From the NCBI GenBank assembly GCA_003427395.1, contig BFEA01000005.1, positions 3,385,912 through 3,449,911 on the forward strand: a DNA stretch of 64,000 nucleotides, written 5' to 3'. Below the pieces are notes generated by a model. That model had not been told where the DNA came from. It was given only the letters and a program-made list of their open reading frames with translations, and did not search any database. The DNA is from Chara braunii. Its lineage: Eukaryota; Plantae; Charophyceae. Shown here in pieces: positions 32,306-43,716 of the stretch. The translations under genes and the position numbers were made by a program. Each line of letters starts with the position of its first letter. Position 1 is the stretch's first letter.

Positions 32306-35300
32306 TGTCGCGCGCGGCGGTTCTGCGCCCGGATGGGGAGCGCTGAACCTCACGGTCGTGTCATGCAGGATGTTTTGTCTGAAAAGAACCAGTTACCGCT
32401 CCGACTGTGCGCGCGCGCTATACCTCTCATGACGCCCTGCGACAGGTCAAGACATCACGAGGTACAACTTACCTCTACCCAAGGGGTTGTCACCACCCTT
32501 AGGTAGGCGTATCCCTGCTGAGCTACCGGCCCACATGCGAAGGCTTTTACATGCCTTTGTAGAGGTAGGTCGGCCGATGGCGTTTTCTCGATCGCTGTAG
32601 CATAACACGGGGCACGCGTGGTAAGATGCCTAGAACTGACCCGTTAGATATTCGAGTCGAACTTTTAGAAGGTCGTCTATTTCCGCTTCTGCTTCCAAAA
32701 CATATTATTCTTCTAATCACTGCGATCAAAGTACCAATCAAACCATTTCACTACCAAGGGCACTCTATTTTACTTAACATATGACTGAACATTAGATGGT
32801 ATAGAAGTTATATAAGACTGGTAATGACTATGGAGGTATTACCGTTGGGAACCCTTCTCACTTTCACAAGTGTTGTGAGTCCAAGACTCTTCACGAAGTC
32901 ACACCTAGTTCAATCCAAAACCATGCACAAGATAGACCTGCACAGAATAATGCAAAGACAGTCCACATGCCATGCACTTACGTCGTCAACCATCAACCAT
33001 TGACATTGTCCCTCACTCCCCAAACCATGTATGACAGATCTATCTTTCTTGAGATGTTAGCCCAACCCCCTCACATTTCTTTAAAGGACTCTTGAGAGTG
33101 ACTAAGACCATTTAGGCAATGACCACAGGTGACGGTTTTACTAACCATAGGGTTTGACTTTAAACGTGGGTATCAAGTCAAGGGGGAAAAATTGAATCGG
33201 CAACGACCGACCTGTTATCGGAGATAACAAAAAAATTGAGTCCTTTTTGTAGGACTTCTCCTTCAATTGCAATAGATCAAAACATGGACCTACACACACA
33301 CAGGCCAACACCCCCACTCAATTTCCCATTTATTGATATCTAAGGGTCAAACCCTTAGATCTGGTATGTGAGCTTTGGGATCAACATCCCAAAGCCTAAC
33401 CTCCTAGCTTTTACCTACCCTAAGTCGTCTGTCACTCTTCCTCCTTTTGTTCAAGGAGTCTGTTGCCTATGTCCTAAGTTGTCTTAGGGAACTCATATTT
33501 TCCCTTACTCTCAGTATTTGCTTTTCTCTCTTGCGGATAAGCATACCCTTTGTTGCTTATGCGGTAGTCTAGCTGAGATCAATTCATGCCATTTGGCGGT
33601 TTCTCCCTTAGGAGTTTATCAATCAACTGAGGCTACAGGAAGCTTCTTCTTTTCTAATTCTTTGTCTCCACGGTACGTGCCCTTTTATTCGGTTTCTTTT
33701 AGGACACCTGGAGTCACTCCCGCTAGAGCACTCCCTTTTTCCTTTCTCTTATTCTTGTTTGGACATAAGCAAGTACTAGGTTGATTCACTCGGGAATCTT
33801 CCACTACTTTATCAATTCTAGACAAAACGGTTAGTCAAATGAATAGTCGAGTCGCCGCACGAGAGCACTCAGCCACCCTTCAATGTCCATGCAGTCTTTA
33901 CGCAATAAAGCAGTTCAAACATTCTTGTGCAAGCGACCGGATAACTCACAGGGGAGTATCCCTTTATTAGTTAAAACAATTAGTTGAGAGACCCTTGTCG
34001 AAGCATCTCAGCACTTGTTCCAATGTCCAAAAAACATTCCCGATTCAGGTATCAATACGAAATTCAAGTTAGTAATTGGTGGTCTTCATGGAAGCCTCTT
34101 ATTACTCCTTGATTAAAACTCAGTCTATCCTCAAAAGGTGTAATATGATGACACCACGAAAGTCACCCTACTACTTCCTCAGAGTCATACGAGCTACTAG
34201 GATTAAGTTAGTAACCTCAGACAAACACCAAATCCTCTCTTTGCTGGAATATCTTATTAAAACTATTAAGATAAAGTCAAACAAGCAATAGGATGACCCC
34301 ATGGGAGCCTCCCATATCCTGCTTCAATGTTAAATAGATAAATCATTAACATTTATTCATACCATCTATCAGTCATACCCAAACAAGTGGTAGGGTTACT
34401 CACCCGGGAGTATCTCTCTACTGTTCAAACACAATCACCACATTCCTTCCCCCCGTTAGTTGATCCGCAGATCAAACAAGTATTAGGATAACCCTCCCGG
34501 GAACCATCCTACTATCAGTTTGATGCGTAGGAGATCAGTAAAAACACCTCTTAGTTAAGTTGTCTTGACCGTTCACCTACCTTGCCTATGCATCGTAATT
34601 GAGCAAAAGGTATGCCGACTCCCACGGTAAGTCGGACACATCATCCCAGACTTAGGAGTTCGTGTACTCACTCGGTGAGTACTTAATTCCTTTCCGAGTC
34701 CGGTCAATTCTGTGATAGGAAAGTCCCACGGGAGCCTCCTCCTACCTTCGCTTCTATTAGTCATTGAAGATATGTACCCCACGGGAGTACCGAATTACCT
34801 CTTAGATCTAGTCTGTAAGGTAATAAAGAAACAACACGACAACTTTCCGTCATCAACGTTGGAGTCAAACAAACATTTCATCAAATTGTTACTTTAATCA
34901 GATGAATGGCAGGGTAACTTCGCACGACGAGTATCCCATCATCCACCTCAATTAGCTCATGCAAATAGTGTGACGACCCTATGAGAGTCTCCATCACATA
35001 GCTTTGCCTCCCCAACTCAAGCAGACGAGGTTCCTTCTCTGTTCTTCATAAGTTCCTTTCCTGACTTCAGGCAAGGTTCTTACTTCAATCATATAATTCT
35101 TTTCCCTTTTGATACGCTTAATCCTGAAGAAAACACAAACAATAGGTCATACAGTCATACACATAGTCCAATAAATGGTTTTAGCCTGTAAGGGTATATG
35201 GAAAAGAAATAGGCACTGCGTACCTCATGGTTCCCTGCCTCCAGAGTTTCTCCTGAACTCCGACAGAGTTCCCGCAATCGCTCTGTTGTCACCGTCTGTT

Positions 35301-36990
35301 TGGTCATCCTTTTCCATAGAGTAGACTTTTCGATTCAGAGAGATCATACCATTTCAGATAGTCGTGGAAACATAGGGAAATGAGGGGATTAGAACACGGG
35401 AGAACGTGGAAGGATGGACGAGGTAGGCACCGTCACATGGTGACGATGTCTCCTTCCTCTCCAGTGCTCCGTACTTCTCCGTATCTGACCCTTCCCATTA
35501 CCTTCAATAAGATTATGATAATAATGATAGTGATTATAATACTATCTTCTGGACAAATATGAGAACAAAAGAGAAATGAGGAGATCAGATCAAAGAGAGA
35601 ACAGAGGAGGATAGGGTTATGCACCGTCACACGGTGACGGACGTCTCTCTCTTTTTCCGTGTGACCACCTTATTTCCTCCGCGTGGTGGCTTCTTTCTTG
35701 CTGCTTCAGGCGTTCGACCTCTTCTCCCCCTCTCTCTTCTCCTTCTTCTTCTTCTTCTTCTTCTTCTTCTTCTTCTCTTCTTCTCCCCGCGAGTTCCACT
35801 TCTGCCTCCACTCGCTTTTTTTTTGTGCTCTTCTCGTCATCCCTCTCTCGCCTTTCTACTGTGCTCTTCATCTGTGCGTTGCTACGCGCACGCTGTTTTC
35901 TTCGTCGAACGCTTAGCCCAAGCACGCGAACTAGAGTTTCGGACGGTGTGCCCGAAGTAAGTTTTTTTTTGTGAAAATGAATCTGGCCGTTTATTAAGGC
36001 CGGATTCACTGAAAGTGAGTTAATAGATAGTAACCCCGGGATAAAAAGAGAAAAATAATAAGAAAAAAAAGAGGAACGAATCTAACTAAAAAAAATAAAA
36101 TAAAAATAGAAAGTGAATTTACAGATAGTAGCCCCGGGATAAAAAGAGAAAAATAATAAGAAAAAAAAGAGGAACGAATCTAACTAATAACAGAAAAATA
36201 AAAATAAATTAAAAAAAATAATCGAACTACCAACCATAATTTATTTGCCAAGTGTAATGCCCTCGTTTTTCATAGGGCTAACTAACTGTAACTACCTTAT
36301 AATCCGAGGTCACGGGTTCGAGCCCCGGCCTCACCAGGACAAGGTGAAATTGTAGCGGAACTCCTTGTAGAAAAGAGCTAGCTCAGGGGTCGAGCAGACT
36401 CGATCCCTGTATCCTTACTTTATCAGTCTGCCCCTCTAATCTATTGAGCTAGCTCCTACTCTGATTAAGAGAGGAACCGCTCAGATATATATATCGTATC
36501 AGGCTCAGCCCACCTAGTGGCCAGAGCCGTGATTCTAAGTCTGTGTGTGAACGCGCTGGTTGGTTTGTGTGCTTGTTTAAGCGCTTGTCAGTCTTGAGTG
36601 TGTGTGTGACCCGCAAGAACACTTTGTTGATCGGATGACCCGAAGGGCCGGTACTTGCCTGCAATCGTGACATTGAGGGTTGCCGAGGGGAACACATTTA
36701 AGTTGTGGGGAAAAACACCCGCGATACTAAAAAGCAGCGGAAAACTCTCATATAGCAGGTAGGTCAGTACCACACCAAGTAGAGGTAGGTGTGCCAGGTA
36801 CGCGAGGCTGGGCAGAAGAAGACAAAAGTTCGCATTCTTAGAGGCCTAGTACCGGTAGGTAGGCGGGTACTGGTTCAAGTAGCCCGTGTCTGGACCCTCT
36901 GCGGACGATATCAGAACTTGCAACGGTCTCTCCTTCAAAGGAGTGAAGGTTAACGAGCATACTAATATTCAACATTTATAGTTTGAACAT
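32306..36990. mobile_element. Very long non-coding LTR-like unit (copy Z1), inverted homolog of 45136-52357
   Basis: Starts TGTCGCGCGCGGCGG (Z2: TGTCGGACGCGGCGG). 32400-32620 matches rc 52050-52260 and direct 61250-61460; 35220-35280 matches 62280-62340; 36245-36890 matches rc 45295-45880. Right end not resolved. Confidence 0.7.
33700..35000. repeat. Array of ~15 degenerate hairpin repeats separated by unique spacers
   Basis: Examples: GGATAACTC-ACAGGG-GAGTATCC 33939-33961; CCGACT-CCCACGGTA-AGTCGG 34615-34635; GTACTCAC-TCG-GTGAGTAC 34664-34682. Recurring core (A/C)CYC(A/C)CGGGAGY(A/C)TCC. Confidence 0.65.
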
Positions 36991-37019
36991 TCAACTTTTA
37001 TACGCAGTTGGACACGGAC

Positions 37020-38250
37020 ACTTGGATAGAGTGCAGGGGGGGGGTTGAGAATCTTCAGCGTTTTCCCCACTTCAAAATTTTCAGAATCTTCACCGTTCTT
37101 ACACACTCGGACAAGGGGGGGTATACTTCTAAAATTTTCAGCATTTTCACCACTTCAGAATCTTCAAAATCTTCAGCGTTCTACACACTTGCACAAGGGG
37201 GCGAACGCTAAAGATTCTAAAAATTCCGAAGTGGTGAAAACGCTGAAGATTCGGAACCCCCCCTTAGAAAAACAAAACGAGGGGAGGAGGGGGGGGGGGN
37301 NNNNNNNNNNNNNNNNNNNNNNNNNNNNNNNNNNNNNNNNNNNNNNNNNNNNNNNNNNNNNNNNNNNNNNNNNNNNNNNNNNNNNNNNNNNNNNNNNNNN
37401 NNNNNNNNNNNNNNNNNNNNNNNNNNNNNNNNNNNNNNNNNNNNNNNNNNNNNNNNNNNNNNNNNNNNNNNNNNNNNNNNNNNNNNNNNCTGAAGATTCT
37501 GAAACTTCTGAAGTGGTGAAAACGCTGAAGATTCGTAACCCCCGCGCTTAAAAAAACAAAACATGGGGATGGGGGGGGGGGAGGGGGTTCAGAATCTTCA
37601 GCGTTTCTACCACTTCACAATTTTCAGAATCTTCAGCATTCCTACACACTCGGACAGATGGAGGTGTACTTCAAAATTTTCAGCATCTTCACTATTGCAA
37701 AATGTTCAAAATCTTCAGCGTTTCTACACACTTGTACAAGGGGGCGAACTTTGAAGATTCTAAAAATTATGAAGTGGTGAAAACGCTGAAGATTCGGAAC
37801 ACCCCCCCTTAAAAAAACAAAACAGGGGGAAGGGGGGTGGTTTAGAATCTTCAGTGTTTCCACCACTTTACAATTTTCATAATCTTCAGCGTTCCTATAC
37901 ACTCGGGACAAAGGGGGGTGTACTTCAGAATTTTCAGCATCTTCACCAGAATCACCACTTAAGAATCTTCAGAATCTTCAGCGTTTCTACATGCTCAGAC
38001 AGGGGGGTGAACGATGAAGATTATGAAAATTCTGAAGTGGTGAAAACGCTGAAGATTCGGAACTCCCCCCCCTTAAAAAAACAAAACATGGGGAGGCGGG
38101 GGGGGGGGGGGGAGTTCAGAATCTTCATTATTTCCACCACTTCATCATTTTCAGAATTTTTGGCATTCCTATACACTCGGACAGACGGGGGTGTACTTCA
38201 AAATTTTCAGCATCTTCACCACTTCAGAATCTTCCGTGTTTCTATATACT
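37020..38250. repeat. Complex satellite, ~260-bp units built from GAATCTTCAG / CTGAAGATTC submotifs in both orientations (gap 37300-37489)
   Basis: GAAGTGGTGAAAACGCTGAAGATTCG(G/T)AAC recurs at ~37228, 37510, 37771 and 38034, and its reverse complement follows each G-run. Confidence 0.85.
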
Positions 38251-38410
38251 CAGATGAACATTTTTAAGATTGATTCAACGTAGAGGTATTCCGCAATTTC
38301 AGCGCGTCTGAAATCATTGAAACTCTACTTCATAAAACTTTAAAAATGTTGAAAGATCTCGAATTCATAATTAGTTTTAGCGAAGATTCGAAGTGTCATT
38401 GACCACATGT

Positions 38411-38523
38411 GAGAAGAAGAGGAAGAAGAACAAGAAGAAGAAGAAGGAGGAGAAGAAGAAGAAGAAGAAGAAAAAGAAGAAGAAGAAGAAGAAGAAGAAG
38501 AAGAAGAAGAAGAAGAAGAAGAA
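38411..38523. repeat. (AAG)n microsatellite
   Basis: Direct inspection. Confidence 0.95.
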
Positions 38524-39096
38524 CGTCTTCGTCGTCAGGGCCTTCGTCGTAGCAGCACCAGTAGGACAGTCGGGGCCTTCGTCGTAGCAACGGCGGCAGG
38601 ACAGACGGGGTCTTCGTCGGAGCAGCAACAGTTGCACACCTGATGGCGATGGCGACGGGCGACGGGTGAAGGCGCAGCCGGAGGACGTCGACAACTAGGA
38701 TCGTGTTGGGGGGCGAGTGGCAAACCACCCCCACCGATCAAAGGTTTGAAGAGGGGAGTGGGAGTTTGGCGCCAAGATCCCACGACTATGTGGTTGTCGA
38801 TCATGGAGGATCGACGTCCACAGAGCCGACGAAAAATTCAGAAACCAGAGTAGCCCTATTTGGTCCGACGCTGAGGTTTCTTTATGTCGGTCGGACCCAG
38901 TAGGCCTGCATGAGGCCAGCAACAGCTGAAAGGGGTTCCAAACCCCCCTGGCAGGTAATTGCGCTGGGGGCCCCCGACCCCCAACCGGGTGCCCTGCGCA
39001 GCCAGGCTGCCCGGGACCTCCCCCGGGCCTCGGCGTGTCACCCGAGCGGCCCGGTTCCCCACTCAGCTTGTTTGTGATTTTATCAATTGTTTTTTG

Positions 39097-39298
39097 TATA
39101 CATTGTCATGAACATCGTTCATCCACCAAGTGACAACCTGATGAGGGGGAAAATTCTGGCCAGTTCTTTATGAATATTTTTGGTGTATATTGAAATGAGC
39201 ATCGTTCATTCACTAAGTAGCAACCTGATGAGGGATAATTTTTTGTTAAATATCTATTATTTTTTTTTACATATTGAAATAAACATCGTTCATTCACT
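39097..39298. repeat. Three-copy ~85-bp degenerate tandem repeat
   Basis: ATTGxxAT(G/A)A(A/G)CATCGTTCAT(C/T)CAC occurs three times; CAACCTGATGAGGG twice. Confidence 0.75.
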
Positions 39299-40124
39299 CC
39301 AAGAGGTCAATCAAAGAGACTAAAATTACCAAGCCTACGGTGGAAAGTTGGCATCGTTGGGACGTAACTCCCAGCGTGGGCTGCTGACCAAGTATAACCA
39401 GACAGCCAACCTTCTAGATTTGACCTAGAGTTGAGACCTGAAGGGTGGTCACCCTATTAAGGGAATCAACTCAGGTGGTTACCAGAGGGGTCGAGGGTCG
39501 GGTCGAGGGGTTGGGTAAAAACCCAAGATAGGAGGATTTACCCATTATTGCTTAAGCACTACGGGAACCACTATTAATATAACAACACGGTGGGCTGTAG
39601 ATCTGGCCCGATCAACCGGACTGTAATGAGCTTAGACCAGGACAGTTGATCCCCTCGCATAAGACTTCGAGTGACAAGGTGATATGGTTTTAGTTAAGAC
39701 CCGCGTCCAAAGGGGCAAATTTTATGATTCCACCGACAACCAACGAGAATCTGGGAAAATAGTCTAAAAATGTGAAAAAAATGACCATTGTTTGTCTTGG
39801 TAACTTTCACCGTGCAGTACAGATCCAATATCCCCACCATTGGTTCATTGCGTTCGGTTTGAGAGTTTCCATATATGGGAGACCCGGTGTGAGGAAACCC
39901 GGGGAGGGGCGTCTGTCCCCTCCCCGACAAGGACACCATATTTATGAGGAAACCCGAGGAGGGGTCGCCTATCCCGAATGATCCCCCTTGCAGTCCCTCC
40001 TTCAACTTTAAACCCTCAACCTTAGTCACCAACAGTCAACAGCGTCTTCTAACCACGGTACCAGCCCAACAGAGGCTAGCAAGGTCACATAGTCGTGGTG
40101 ACAGCTCCACTAATGAGCAAGCAG

Positions 40125-40450
40125 TGGCCTGTTCGCTTTCAACGGTAAATGAGGTCAACAGGGGCAGCGGTCTATTGGCCTTGAACGGTAAATGAGACCA
40201 ACAGTGGCAGCGGCCTATTGGCCCTGAACGGTAAATGAGGCCAACATCGGCAGCGGCAACAGCAGCGGCCTATTGGCCCTGAACGGTAAATGAGACCAAC
40301 AGCCGCAACAACAACGACAACGACCAATTGGCTCTGAACGGTAAATAAGGCTAACAGCGGCAGCGACAATGACAGCGACCTATTGCCCCTGAATGGTAAA
40401 TGAGGCCAACAATGGTCGCAGCAGCGACCTATTGGCCATGAACGGTAAAT
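40125..40450. repeat. Minisatellite, 7 units of ~43-55 bp
   Basis: Core CTATTGGCCCTGAACGGTAAATGAGGCCAACA separated by variable (GCG/GCA/ACA) triplet runs. Confidence 0.88.
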
Positions 40451-41350
40451 ATTTTTTTGCCAAAGATATACTGAAATGGTATGTTTCTGTCGAAAAATAA
40501 ATAAGTTGGTCCGAATAGGAGACCAAGGTTCACGCAGATCGTCAAGTCGGATGGGACCAACCCTCATCAATAACCACGATCGAAATAACTCGGGCCTGAA
40601 ATACGACCTAGACTGTCGTTGAAGAACCACTGAAGCTGCTGAATAAACCGGACTATCGAGAAACCAAACCAAGGAAACCGCACAATAAACCGAGTGTCAA
40701 AGACCAAGTGAACCCACCAAATAGTTGTTGCGCCAACGGTCACCATAGGACATCGTAGTTCAAACTCATACCGGGTAGCGAGATATTAGTTGTCACGTAT
40801 GAATCGGTCAGTTGCTCGTACCAACCGTCATCCCCAAAGTCATAATATTTGCCAAACTGTGCACCCACAAAATAAGTGGTCACTAGTGGTCAAATCGAAC
40901 CACATAGATCGGGGTAGAGCCAAGGCGAAACATAATCGGTCTAAAAAACGGAAGACAAAAAAAAAAAACGAAAAACATATTTCTTTTAATCATCCTTGAA
41001 TATAATTTGGCCGCAAAAATAAATAGATCCCCGCCTTTGACTGAGCCACATAAAACCACTTACGCGAAATCGCGCCCACACACCTGAGACCGAGCATCAA
41101 AGGAAATAAAAGTAAAAGCAAAATTGACACTCACAAAGAGTGTCAAAAATAAAACAAAATAGCATAACAAAATATATATTAGTGGGGTCGTGTCAGTGAG
41201 TGGAGGAGAGGAAAACTGCGGATCGACCCGGACAACCCGTTTTTCTGTCACCTGTCAGATAAAAGAAGAGTCAAAATTTGAAATAGTAGGCAGATATAGA
41301 CTCCTCAAGCCCCCTGTTTCGGGTGGCCAACTGAGTTTGGCCGTCCGACA

Positions 41351-43624
41351 GTAGCCTGGACCTCTTCTCGACGACCACGTTGAGGCCTCACCTATTTGTC
41401 AAAAGAGCATGTACATGTCTCAGATCCTCATTATTGACTCTGGAGTACGGATGAGTTTTTCCTCCTTCTGAATGTCATTGACTCAAAGGGTGTTTCTCTT
41501 CTATCAAAACTGGAATCGTCGACCGAAGAAGGATGTCCCTCAGAATCAGAGGACTTGACAGTTCTCAGCATCATCCACTACTCTCTGAGGAATCATCTCA
41601 TCGTTAAGCAAAGTGCTCATGATACCACTCTCTTGATATTAAATCCTGCCCTGAGAGATATCCTTTTGACTGTCAAAACGGATGCAGGACAGTCCGCTCT
41701 ATTACTAGATGTTACGGCTGACATCGTCACTAGAACATCGTTAGCAAAAAAAACTCATCTACTATCTGTCCGGGATCAGTAAAAATCTTACTGGTCAAAG
41801 GCATTGTGTTCTGTCCGGGATCAGTGAAAATCTTACTGGTCAAAGGCACCGGGTTCCCCGGTTTGGGATCGATAAGCATCGTGCCTCGTATGGGCACTCT
41901 ACTCGTATTAGTAAGCAATAAGAGTCCATCTCCTGCTCGCTCAGATGCCGCTAATATGGAACACTGCAGAGGCTGACTAGGTGCTCCCTCAAGGGCCCAG
42001 TCGTAACTATAACTCCCACCGGGGTCCGTTTTCATGATGATATTACTCTTCGTTCCTTTTCCTCTTCCTCTCCGCTTACCACCACCATATATAGACCAAC
42101 CCTCTCCTTTGAAGGAGGAGCTCGCATCAATTTGGTCACGGTGACATGGATGGGCGTCATACGTGTCTCATGTCGTGACTGTAACATAAGTTTGACGCTC
42201 CGACTCTTTACTGTTTTCTTTTCCTTGTCCTACGACGCTCGTCTAACCTCCACGTTCTCCTTCATCGACGAAAATATTGGTGCATCCCTCAGATTGTCGG
42301 TCCTTTTGGCATACTTTCGATCGCCAAGTACCACTATCTCGTAGTCTATTGCCTTCTGAAGATCGGGGCAATCCCTCCTAACATGGTCATCCGAACAGCA
42401 ATAGTCGAATGTGCTACGAGGAGAAGATGGTTCATCCTTGACACGTCTATATCCTCCGTGTCTGCCTAATGCCTGAGTATTATGAGGACCTGGGACAACC
42501 GGTGCAGTATATTGCTCACGTTGGCCTCTGCTATTATCACGACGGTCCCGATCAACATCTCTCCTCTCGTATCGCCCACAGGAAGTGTCGCTACAGTCTC
42601 TATCTCTCGCTTTGTCATACCTATTTGGACTCTTACGATACCCTTCCACATGCCGGAGGTTTTCGAGACTTAGAAATAAATTCCGAGCTTGATCATATCT
42701 CGGACTGTAAGGACAGGTCTCCACCCGACCGTCTCGTAGATACCTATTGTTCCCCCCCTCGTATAGTCGCTAGGATAGTCAACCTTTCGATCTCGATCCT
42801 CATCCTTGTACCTAGGGGGATCGTCACGATGTATATGATACTTCCACTCCGTCGATAATCGGTTAGTGTTCGAGGATTTTTATCCTCTGTATCTTTGCAT
42901 GGTCCTAGCTTTCGATTATCCCACCTCAACGAGTACGTCGGACCAGTCCTAACCCGATCATACCTCGGCGAGTTCGACAGATCATTCCTCATATGATAAC
43001 CAACAGTCTCCATCTTCGCCTCTATCTTGACGATCAACCCCTTGATCATCTCTCTCAGGTCTGAATCATCAATGATATCTGTCCATTGCTCACTAGGTCC
43101 ATCAAGGGGGTATTTGTGGTCTGCCTAAGGTTTTTCATCAAAATCTGGGCACCTCTTTATACCGGAAGAACGAGAAGTCGACCGGAGACTCTCCCTGTGG
43201 CGCAATTCAATCCAGACTAGATCCTTATACTCGTCAGTGTCGGCCCTTATGGCCAACCTCAGAACCGTCGTAAACTCGAGTCGATCGTTCGAAAGGTCTC
43301 TCAGAATCCCCTTTTGCTTTTCCTTCGACAACCGACTGATAAAATGGTGCACCTGTCGACCTCATATAACTTCCCCTTTGCCACCAGCACATTCGAGATC
43401 TTCTCGAATCTCTTCCCGAACGCCAGAACACTCTCATCCTCTTCCTGACCCAACTTCTCCACGTCTTTGACAAAGTACTTAATATCCCATGCTTAAAACG
43501 TTGATATAATTTTTTCTTGTAAGTCTTTCAGAGTCGATCCCTTCGTCTCGCACTCCTTATCTCCTTGCCTAAGCTCGGGTTAGAGTTGAACAGGAAGTTG
43601 TTGATAATCTCATCCTTTGTCCAC

Positions 43625-43625
<1 letters not shown>
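41351..43625 (-). mobile_element. Decayed gag-only retroelement internal domain (copy E2), paralog of E1
   Basis: KEKQKGILRDLSNDRLEFTTVLRLAIRADTDEYKDLVW; knuckle remnant DYCCSDDHVRRDC ~42368-42409; same junction CCGACA|GTAGCCTGGACCTCTTCTCGACG at 41350. Truncated by (AG)n and a gap. Confidence 0.75.

Positions 43626-43716
<91 letters not shown>

Noticed and set aside
39097-39298. Tandem hammerhead-ribozyme-like motifs (CTGATGA...GAAA-TGAGC-ATC-GTTCA-TT)
   Set aside because: A stem III-like hairpin is present, but stem I and stem II cannot be paired in register, so the catalytic core cannot be built.
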